NCBI GenBank assembly: GCA_051439505.1
Contig: JBFRWI010000009.1
Location: 1 to 64,000, forward strand
Length of the DNA: 64,000 nucleotides
Direction: 5' to 3'
DNA from: Hormoscilla sp.
Lineage (GTDB): Bacteria > Cyanobacteriota > Cyanobacteriia > Cyanobacteriales > Desertifilaceae
Shown: positions 56,430 to 64,000 of the stretch, in pieces
How positions within the stretch are numbered: position 1 is the stretch's first letter
How the letters are laid out: the number at the start of each line of letters is the position of its first letter
Translations under genes and position numbers: made by a program
The notes under the pieces: generated by a model
Database searches by the model: none
Seen by the model: only the letters and a program-made list of their open reading frames with translations
What the model was told of the DNA's origin: nothing

Positions 56430-56635
56430 AGACAAGAAACCGGGTTTCTCCGACAATTTTGGCGAAGAAACCAGATTGCTAAAAGAAACCCGGTTTCTGG
56501 CCACCCGCGATCGCCGACTACATGCGATCGCCTCCCTCACGCCACCAGACAAGAAACCGGGTTTCTGCGATATTTTTTGTTACTCGCGCCCGAGTTTGTA
56601 AAAGAAACCCGGTTTCTCGCCCCCGCCCGATCGCC
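56430..56635 (+). repeat. Two tandem family E units ending in HIP1-like CGATCGCC
   Basis: AAGAAACCGGGTTTCT...AAGAAACCCGGTTTCT...CGATCGCC at 56434-56515 and 56551-56634. Confidence 0.85.
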
Positions 56636-56712
56636 GAATCTCTCCTATCCATCGGGGGCACGGCAGGAGATAATTCTTTCGTTGTGCCCACCAATTGATT
56701 GATGCCGTACCG

Positions 56713-57195
56713 CTACTGATGTCTATGGTCCTCTCGTACTTGATGGAAGGTGACAACGACGCTATGCTCTACTCGATCGCAGTTTACCTCAAAGCTGCGC
56801 TGGGGATACAGTACTTTCAGACGACTTTGCCACATTTGGGCGATCGCCTTTCCCAGATAAAGGATATTTTCCATACCTACGGCCTGGGATCCTGGGAGAA
56901 TATCATCTACGTGCTGATGGTTGATTACCCGCTCAATTGAGGTCATGTCGTTTCCTAGCTTAGCTTTCCACTGCTCGTAGATCTGGAGATCGAACGCTTC
57001 TGATAAAAATATACCACCTTCATGCTCGATCGTATCGGGCCAGAATAGTTTACTAAAAGCTATAGCAAGTTCGACGCTACCGACTCCAAACAGATAATCC
57101 CATAGGGAAAAGTCATCATTATTAACTTTTTTCCACTGCTGGAAGTCCGGAAGCTTGTCTGCGTGCAAATTTGTTCTCTGTTTTACTGTTATCAT
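56713..57195 (-). CDS. Putative immunity protein
   Basis: Directly downstream of the toxin domain; LFWPD.IEH.G.IFL...IERVINH.H...W...L...YP pattern. Confidence 0.6.
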   Translation of the reverse strand: MITVKQRTNLHADKLPDFQQWKKVNNDDFSLWDYLFGVGSVELAIAFSKLFWPDTIEHEGGIFLSEAFDLQIYEQWKAKLGNDMTSIERVINHQHVDDILPGSQAVGMENILYLGKAIAQMWQSRLKVLYPQRSFEVNCDRVEHSVVVTFHQVREDHRHQ

Positions 57196-57197
57196 TT

Positions 57198-57521
57198 CTA
57201 AAGAATCTCATCTACTCTTGCAGGTCTAACTATTTTCTCAGCTTGAACGAAGATGTTTCCCGCTGGGTTCTGGTTATGTTTGTATTCCACCACGTGAGGT
57301 GTCGGCACACCTGCATGTTCTTTTCCTGTTAAGTCTACTCGCTTGATCGCCCGTCCGTTTTCATCATAGACAATGTAGCTAGTTATATTGCTGCCATCCA
57401 TACGATAACGTACTGAGTTCGCACTTGCACCGTCAAGGGGGAAATAACCGCTAACTTGCGTGCCGTTGCCTATCAGGGTGCTAGCATTTATCCCAACTGT
57501 CCAGTCAACTGGTTTAGACAC
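57198..57521 (-). CDS. Stand-alone polymorphic toxin domain (Ntox24-like putative RNase)
   Basis: YIVYDENGRAIKRVDLTGKEHAGVPTPHVVEY signature; GTG start with GGAG RBS. Confidence 0.7.
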   Translation of the reverse strand: MSKPVDWTVGINASTLIGNGTQVSGYFPLDGASANSVRYRMDGSNITSYIVYDENGRAIKRVDLTGKEHAGVPTPHVVEYKHNQNPAGNIFVQAEKIVRPARVDEIL

Positions 57522-57584
57522 ACCTATAGCTCCCTTTCACCAGATATCTTGTTGATATCTGCTTCTCCAAATATACAATAGACC

Positions 57585-57671
57585 TAGAAACCTGGTTTCT
57601 GCGATTAATTTTGCGTCATTCGCCAGATATGGTAACAGAAACCCGGTTTCTCGCCCGACCGCCCGATCGCC
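57585..57671 (+). repeat. Family E unit
   Basis: AGAAACCTGGTTTCT...AGAAACCCGGTTTCTCGCCC...GCCCGATCGCC, homologous to 56551-56634. Confidence 0.85.
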
Positions 57672-57683
57672 CCCCGTCCGCCA

Positions 57684-59516
57684 TCAATCATTAACCATAA
57701 CCGGAAAGTGATACAAAGGCACAGTGAAAGTGATAGTAGAACCCAAACCTTCTCCCATGCTGAAAAAATTTATCTCCCCTCCCATGGCTTCTATCAACCT
57801 TTGAGAGATCGCCAGTCCCAAACCCGTCCCACCATAGGTTCGGGTCCGTCCCCCATCTACTTGATAAAAGTTTTGAAACAGTTGCTGTTGTTTTTCCAGA
57901 GACACCCCGATGCCCGTATCTGCCACCCGGACTTTTACCATCCCAGGACACTCTTCCTTTCCCACACACACTGGTCTGCTGAGAATTTCCGTACTAATAT
58001 TTATGCCCCCTTCCTTAGTAAATTTTATGGCGTTGCTCGCTAAATTTAGAATTACCTGCAATATGCGTTTATAGTCGCCATACATGATAATTTTATCGAG
58101 AGTTCGTGGCTTTTCAATCGTTAAATATAACTTTTTATGCTCCGCTGAAATTTTCATTTTTTTCTCCACATCCCTCAACAGATCGTCCAGTACCACAGGA
58201 GACAGGTCTATTTCCATTTTGCCTGCTTCAATTTTCGCAATATCCAAGACATCATTGATCAGATCCAACAGGTGCAGGGCCGAACGATAGGCTTCATCAA
58301 TAAATTCTGCCTCTTCTTTAGGATCGTCTGCCATCCCATCCTGAATTAGCTTCAGAAACCCAATTATGCCGTTCAAGGGAGTGCGCAGTTCGTGGGAGGT
58401 ACTGGCGATAAAATTGCTTTTCAGACGGCAAGCTTCTTCTGCTTGCTCGTTTGCTAGTTCCAGTTCTCGATTTTTTTCCAGCATCTCTGCATTCACCCTT
58501 TGCAACTCCGATGCTAGGGCTTGGCTTTCCGCAAATAAATTCGCATGGGCGATCGCCGTCCCCACTTGAGAAGCCAGTTCCCGCACAAACTCAATTTCCT
58601 CTGTCGTCCAGAGGCGAGAGTTTTGCTGGTGCCAATTATCTTTCCTCTTCCCTTGGTAGAGAATAATCAGACCATTGGGTTGGTCTTGATAGCAGGTAGC
58701 CGCCACTAGCATTGACTGCCCATTTTCCCCCGATCGCGCCACTATTGCCACCGGTTCCAAGGTGAGCAATGCCTGACTCAACCCTTGCTCTTGAGCTAAC
58801 AGCAGTTGGCTACCGACTAGAGAACTTACCCCTGTCTGACTATACTCAGCCAGTACCTGCATTTCGTCTTTCGAGCCACTTTTGTAGTTACAGATCGCAC
58901 AGCGATCCAGACCTAGCGCCGTTCCCAGACCTATCACTGCTTGCTGCCAAATTGTCTCCAGATCCAGGGTGCGACGAATCTTGCGCGTGATTTCCTTCAG
59001 CAGTTTGGGGTATCGATCGGAACTGGAAAAAGTCACAGCTTGATGGGATCCTGCTTCGGGCCACCCAAATGCCTGAGAGTCTGTCGAACTCGAAAGCAGA
59101 CGTCCCATGACTAAGACAGTAGTTGCCGTGGCCTGACTTGTCAGAATTGGACTCACGACCAAATCAAACAGCAGGTATTGTTCCTCGTAGCGAAACGGAT
59201 AGCAAAACCTTACTGGTCTCTGGTCCTCTAGCACCTGCTGGCACCGGTTCAAGTATAATTCTGGGGCCACCGGGCTCAAAGTTTCACTCATCTGATGGTC
59301 AACTATTTCCGATGGCCTAAGACCATAGCATTCAGCTTGGGACCAGTAAAAGGACAGGTACTCACCCAACTCATTTTGGATAAATACTAACTCCGATCCT
59401 ATAGCTGACAAACTTTGGTCTTGGCTAATGGCTGACGGCTGCTTTGCGCGCCCTTTCCCATTAGCAGGTCTAAAATTGGTCAATGCGGTCAGGGGTAAAT
59501 CTGTAGATGCACTCAT
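57684..59516 (-). CDS. GAF-domain sensor histidine kinase
   Basis: IRRTLDLETI GAF, SHELRTPLNG H-box, NLASNAIKFT, DTGIG, GGTGLGL. Confidence 0.93.
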   Translation of the reverse strand: MSASTDLPLTALTNFRPANGKGRAKQPSAISQDQSLSAIGSELVFIQNELGEYLSFYWSQAECYGLRPSEIVDHQMSETLSPVAPELYLNRCQQVLEDQRPVRFCYPFRYEEQYLLFDLVVSPILTSQATATTVLVMGRLLSSSTDSQAFGWPEAGSHQAVTFSSSDRYPKLLKEITRKIRRTLDLETIWQQAVIGLGTALGLDRCAICNYKSGSKDEMQVLAEYSQTGVSSLVGSQLLLAQEQGLSQALLTLEPVAIVARSGENGQSMLVAATCYQDQPNGLIILYQGKRKDNWHQQNSRLWTTEEIEFVRELASQVGTAIAHANLFAESQALASELQRVNAEMLEKNRELELANEQAEEACRLKSNFIASTSHELRTPLNGIIGFLKLIQDGMADDPKEEAEFIDEAYRSALHLLDLINDVLDIAKIEAGKMEIDLSPVVLDDLLRDVEKKMKISAEHKKLYLTIEKPRTLDKIIMYGDYKRILQVILNLASNAIKFTKEGGINISTEILSRPVCVGKEECPGMVKVRVADTGIGVSLEKQQQLFQNFYQVDGGRTRTYGGTGLGLAISQRLIEAMGGEINFFSMGEGLGSTITFTVPLYHFPVMVND

Positions 59517-59957
59517 TACTCTGCCTTCCTGTCAACTGCTCAAACGATTGCCTGGTTTACTGATGGATGATGATTAATTTATTTTACCCGAACGCCAACC
59601 TGACAAGCTTTATATAACTACCTTTTATCCCACATATATTCCTTATTCTGGTAGTGAAAGTACAGGAATAGAAAATTATATAGATCGCATCAGTATTATA
59701 TATTTTATTATAGCAGGTTCAATCTTTTTGTCAATCTCAACGACCAACAATCTTGGCGAGTCCATTAGCCCTCGTTACGCACGGGACGCCTGGGAACGAG
59801 TTGGCGAATTTTTGCCCTACTCGCTCAAATGGGCGATCGCCAAAACCTTGTCGGGCAATTGTTAGGGGTAATTGGAGGGTTTCGCCCCCCAGGTAATCAA
59901 CATGCTTGGCATATAGTCACCGACTGAGGGCCATCAGTTTAGCTGTGAGCAGAATAA

Positions 59958-60212
59958 TCAATCATTCCATTCACCTCTAGGGGACACTGGGGGATTTTTG
60001 GGCAGGGTGCGAGTCAGATCGTCGTCTCGCTGAGCGTCGCCTCTAAGCCACTGGCGCACGGCCCGTTCCACGATTTTGCTGGGATCCTTGGTCAAATGCT
60101 TGACTTGCTCCCATAACTCGGCATCCAGGTAGAGGGAAACTTTCACCTTATCAGCAGTGTACCCATCGGGGACGGCCTGTTCGCGTACCGTATCGATCGC
60201 AGTATCGTTCAT
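59958..60212 (-). CDS. Small conserved protein with an RHH-like core
   Basis: KVKVSLYLDAELW...PSKIVERAVRQWL...PRGEWND. Confidence 0.7.
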   Translation of the reverse strand: MNDTAIDTVREQAVPDGYTADKVKVSLYLDAELWEQVKHLTKDPSKIVERAVRQWLRGDAQRDDDLTRTLPKNPPVSPRGEWND

Positions 60213-60401
60213 AATTTGTGAAGTTCGTTCTTCAGTGGTATTGTACCCATGCCAATTAAAAGATAATCTAGAGCTGAGATCCTTTCAACTGCTCCGGCCA
60301 CGGAAAAGATTACAATATATTAAACCCAAAGGACTGCAAATAAGCGCCGACTGTTGTCAGATCGCGCTGTTCGACCACCATCTTCTCTCCCTTGAATCTC
60401 T

Positions 60402-62216
60402 ATGACTGACGCTACTGTCGCTCAAATTCGCAATTTTTCCATTATCGCTCATATAGACCACGGCAAATCAACCCTAGCAGACCGGCTGCTGCAAGCCACG
60501 GGCACGGTGGCGGCCCGCCAGATGAAGGAACAGTTCCTCGACAATATGGACTTGGAACGGGAACGGGGCATTACCATTAAGCTGCAAGCGGCCCGGATGA
60601 ATTACCAGGCCAAGGACGGTCAGCAGTACGTACTGAATCTGATTGACACCCCGGGCCACGTGGATTTTTCCTACGAAGTGTCCCGTTCCCTGGCAGCTTG
60701 CGAAGGGGCACTGCTGGTGGTAGATGCTTCCCAAGGGGTGGAGGCCCAAACCCTGGCTAATGTCTATTTGGCCCTGGAACACAATCTGGAAATTATCCCG
60801 GTTTTAAATAAAATTGACCTGCCAGGGGCGAACCCAGAACGGGTCAAGGCGGAAATCGAAGAAATTATTGGCCTAGATTGTAGTGGGGCGATCGAGGCTT
60901 CGGCAAAAGAGGGTATTGGTATAGATGAGATACTGGAGTCCATCGTCCATCTGGTGCCAGCACCGGTAGACAAACTGTCAGAACCGCTCCGGGCTTTGAT
61001 TTTCGATAGCTATTATGACAGCTATCGGGGGGTGATCGTCTATTTTCGGGTGATGGATGGCACGGTGAAAAAGGGCGATCGCATCCGTCTGATGGCCACG
61101 GGGAAGGAATATGAAATCGACGAACTGGGAGTGTTAGCCCCAACGCAGGTGCAGTTACAGGCACTGCATTGCGGGGAAGTGGGCTATCTGGCAGCATCGA
61201 TCAAAGCGGTAGAAGATGCCCGGGTGGGAGATACCATCACCCTTAAGGCAGAACCGGCGGCAAGTCCTCTGCCAGGCTACACCGAAGCGAAGCCCATGGT
61301 GTTTTGCGGCATGTTCCCCACAGATGCAGACCAATTTCCGGAGTTGCGGGAAGCCTTGGAAAAGCTGAAACTCAATGATGCGGCCCTGTCCTATGAACCG
61401 GAAACCTCCAGCGCCATGGGGTTTGGCTTCCGCTGCGGCTTTCTGGGACTGCTGCATATGGAAATTGTCCAGGAACGCCTAGAACGAGAGTACGATCTGG
61501 ACTTGATTATCACCGCGCCGTCAGTGGTGTATCGGGTGACACTCAACAATGGCGAGGTCATCAATATAGATAACCCCAGCACTCTGCCCGAACCAAACGA
61601 TCGCCAAAAGATTGAAGAACCTTACGTGCAGCTGGACATGATCGCCCCAGAAACCTATGTGGGGGCCTTGATGGAACTCTGTCAAGGTCGCCGGGGGGTG
61701 TTCCGGGACATGAAGTATCTGACTCAGGGGCGCACTACTCTGATCTACGAGTTGCCCTTGGCAGAGGTGGTGACGGACTTTTTCGACCAGATGAAGTCCA
61801 GAACGCGAGGTTACGCCAGCATGGAATATCACATGCTGGGTTACCGAGAAAACCCCCTGGTCAGGTTGGACATCTTGATCAATAATGACCCGGTAGATGC
61901 TCTGGTGATGATCGTACATAAGGACAAAGCCTATGGTGTCGGTCGCAGCTTGACGGAAAAGCTGAAGGAACTGATACCTCGCCATCAGTTTAAGGTGCCC
62001 ATCCAAGCAGCGATCGGGTCTCGGGTGATTGCTAGCGAACATATCCCGGCCTTGCGCAAGGATGTGCTGGCAAAATGCTATGGCGGCGACATCTCCAGAA
62101 AGAAAAAGTTGCTAGCTAAACAGGCGAAAGGGAAAAAGCGGATGAAATCCATCGGGACTGTAGATGTGCCCCAATCAGCTTTTATGGCGGTGCTGCGCCT
62201 GGAACAAGGACAATAA
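60402..62216 (+). CDS. lepA: Translation elongation factor 4
   Basis: [41 protein letters not shown]. Confidence 0.98.
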   Translation: MTDATVAQIRNFSIIAHIDHGKSTLADRLLQATGTVAARQMKEQFLDNMDLERERGITIKLQAARMNYQAKDGQQYVLNLIDTPGHVDFSYEVSRSLAACEGALLVVDASQGVEAQTLANVYLALEHNLEIIPVLNKIDLPGANPERVKAEIEEIIGLDCSGAIEASAKEGIGIDEILESIVHLVPAPVDKLSEPLRALIFDSYYDSYRGVIVYFRVMDGTVKKGDRIRLMATGKEYEIDELGVLAPTQVQLQALHCGEVGYLAASIKAVEDARVGDTITLKAEPAASPLPGYTEAKPMVFCGMFPTDADQFPELREALEKLKLNDAALSYEPETSSAMGFGFRCGFLGLLHMEIVQERLEREYDLDLIITAPSVVYRVTLNNGEVINIDNPSTLPEPNDRQKIEEPYVQLDMIAPETYVGALMELCQGRRGVFRDMKYLTQGRTTLIYELPLAEVVTDFFDQMKSRTRGYASMEYHMLGYRENPLVRLDILINNDPVDALVMIVHKDKAYGVGRSLTEKLKELIPRHQFKVPIQAAIGSRVIASEHIPALRKDVLAKCYGGDISRKKKLLAKQAKGKKRMKSIGTVDVPQSAFMAVLRLEQGQ

Positions 62217-62245
62217 TCAAAAATGGCAGTAAAGGGAGTACGTAG

Positions 62246-64000
62246 ATGCGAATTTTAGTTACGGGTGGAGCGGGTTTTGTCGGTTCCCATCTCGTCGATC
62301 GCTTGATGGAGGCGGGACATGAAGTGCTTTGCTTGGATAATTTCTACACGGGGAATAAGCGCAATATCCTCAAATGGCTGGATCATCCCTATTTTGAATT
62401 GATCCGCCATGATATCACAGAACCGATCAGGTTGGAAGTAGATCAAATATATCATCTGGCTTGCCCGGCATCACCAGTCCACTATCAGTCTAATCCCGTA
62501 AAAACGGTGAAGACTAGCGCGATCGGCACCCTGAATATGCTAGGACTGGCAAAACGGGTAAAGGCGAGATTCCTCCTAGCTTCAACTTCAGAAGTCTATG
62601 GAGACCCGGATGTCCATCCCCAAACAGAAGATTATCGCGGCAATGTGAATCCGATCGGGATTAGAAGTTGCTTTTCTGCTGATACAGAAGTTCTCACCAG
62701 TGAGGGATGGAAATATTTTCACGCCCTATCAGGAGAAGAGGAAATAGCGACACTGAATGGAGAAGGGGCGAACACGGCTACGCCTGCGCGAAAAATCGAG
62801 TATCATCAACCAGTAGAAATAATTGCCGAAAGGTACAGAGGGAAAGTCATTCACTTTCAGAACCATGACTGCGACCTGCTGGTGACGCCCAATCACAAAA
62901 TGTATGCCCAAAGCAGGAAGGATCCTAAGTTTGAACTAATTCGGGCAGATGCCCCGTTGCAGTGGGAAGCAGCGCAAATGCTGAAGGTGGCCCATTATCT
63001 TGGAGTTGAACGAGACTGGTTTGATTTATCCGGGTCTCCTTCAGACAGGATAAAAATGGATGATTGGGTAGAGTTCTTGGGATATTATATCGCATCGGGA
63101 ACGATTGGCATCCAAGATGGAAAATATCAAGTGATATTGGCAGAGGCAGAAGAAAAATCTGAGCAGATGAAAGCATGTGTGGCAAGGTTGCCGTTCCCGG
63201 ATGTAAAGATTAGCAAGCAGGAAATCAGCATCTCTTCTCAGCAGCTATACTCCTATCTGGAGAAGTTGGGTTCATCAGAGAATCGATATATTCCCAGAGA
63301 TGTGATGTGCTTGTCTAGCAGGCAGCTCAAGATTTTATGGACAGCTTTGATGCAGGGGGATGGAACGGGCGCTTGCTACGAGTGCAAGTCGGCGAGACTG
63401 ATAGGTGACGTGCAAGAACTGCTATTAAAATTGGGGTGTGCAGGCAATATAGAAGAGCAGGAGAGCCAGTCACAAGAAAAAGTATATCAGATTCAGGTGC
63501 AAGAAGTCCAGGAAAATCCCAGGTATGGAAAGCAAGCAGTTTCCGATTACGATGGTATGGTCTACTGCGTTAACGTACCCAACCACGTCATTTTTGTCAG
63601 GAGAAATGGGAAAGCCCTGTTTTGTGGAAATTGCTACGATGAAGGGAAACGCATTGCCGAAACTCTGTCCTTTGACTATCACCGGCAAAATAATGTAGAC
63701 ATTCGGGTGGTCCGGATCTTCAACACCTATGGACCCCGGATGTTGGAAAATGACGGACGAGTGGTGAGCAATTTTATCGCCCAGGCCCTAAAAGGCATCC
63801 CTCTGACGGTGTATGGAGATGGTTCCCAAACCAGGAGTTTTTGCTATGTATCGGACCTGGTAGAAGGAATCATCCGGTTGATGAATGGCGAACATGTAGG
63901 ACCAGTTAATATCGGCAATCCCGATGAATACAGTATCTTAGAACTGGCTCACAAGATTCAGGAAATGATTAACCCAGAGGCGGAGATAATCTTTAAGCCC
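62246..64000 (+). CDS. UDP-glucuronate decarboxylase (UXS-type SDR) precursor containing an intein; runs off the window
   Basis: Manual translation, open to the window end: MRILVTGGAGFVGSH...HLACPASP...ASTSEVYGDP...NPIGIRS[intein]CYDEGKR...RIFNTYGPRM...DGRVVSNF...QTRSFCYVSD. Confidence 0.93.
   Translation, partial: MRILVTGGAGFVGSHLVDRLMEAGHEVLCLDNFYTGNKRNILKWLDHPYFELIRHDITEPIRLEVDQIYHLACPASPVHYQSNPVKTVKTSAIGTLNMLGLAKRVKARFLLASTSEVYGDPDVHPQTEDYRGNVNPIGIRSCFSADTEVLTSEGWKYFHALSGEEEIATLNGEGANTATPARKIEYHQPVEIIAERYRGKVIHFQNHDCDLLVTPNHKMYAQSRKDPKFELIRADAPLQWEAAQMLKVAHYLGVERDWFDLSGSPSDRIKMDDWVEFLGYYIASGTIGIQDGKYQVILAEAEEKSEQMKACVARLPFPDVKISKQEISISSQQLYSYLEKLGSSENRYIPRDVMCLSSRQLKILWTALMQGDGTGACYECKSARLIGDVQELLLKLGCAGNIEEQESQSQEKVYQIQVQEVQENPRYGKQAVSDYDGMVYCVNVPNHVIFVRRNGKALFCGNCYDEGKRIAETLSFDYHRQNNVDIRVVRIFNTYGPRMLENDGRVVSNFIAQALKGIPLTVYGDGSQTRSFCYVSDLVEGIIRLMNGEHVGPVNIGNPDEYSILELAHKIQEMINPEAEIIFKP
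62669..63631 (+). mobile_element. Intein (321 aa) with a LAGLIDADG homing-endonuclease domain
   Basis: Block A CFSADTEVLT, block B VTPNH, LAGLIDADG-like FLGYYIASG and LWTALMQGDG, block F VYCVNVPNH, end RRNGKALFCGN followed by +1 Cys. Confidence 0.92.

Noticed and set aside
62255..63688. Small minus-strand ORFs listed after lepA
   Set aside because: They are antisense to the continuous plus-strand UXS-intein frame

Overview
A 64-kb chromosomal segment of a cyanobacterium, probably filamentous and Oscillatoriales-like. The evidence is abundant HIP1 GCGATCGC octamers, STRR-type heptamer repeats, and CRR6, FurC, PSI-accumulation-factor and phycobilisome-linker genes. Housekeeping genes (map, ispD, metG, lptC, lepA) are interspersed with accessory genes and many small palindromic repeats and MITEs. 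Highlights: (1) a UDP-glucuronate decarboxylase gene missing from the ORF track (62246 to the window end) that carries a 321-aa LAGLIDADG-type intein inserted next to its catalytic YxxxK motif; (2) a cluster of a CASTOR/POLLUX-like channel, an orphan divergent PstS-like lipoprotein, a Cache-domain-fused pentameric (Pro-loop) ligand-gated ion channel and ChrA; (3) a single polypeptide joining an RNase D-like exonuclease, an Fe-S PD-(D/E)XK nuclease and an FtsK ATPase, with a linker built from in-frame REP insertions; (4) two stand-alone polymorphic-toxin/immunity-like pairs, several TA modules with a lost or disabled toxin, a decaying HEAT-repeat gene, nested MITEs, and a repeat-delimited cassette array. 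No rRNA, tRNA or CRISPR array was seen. All family calls come from motif recognition by eye, not database searches.
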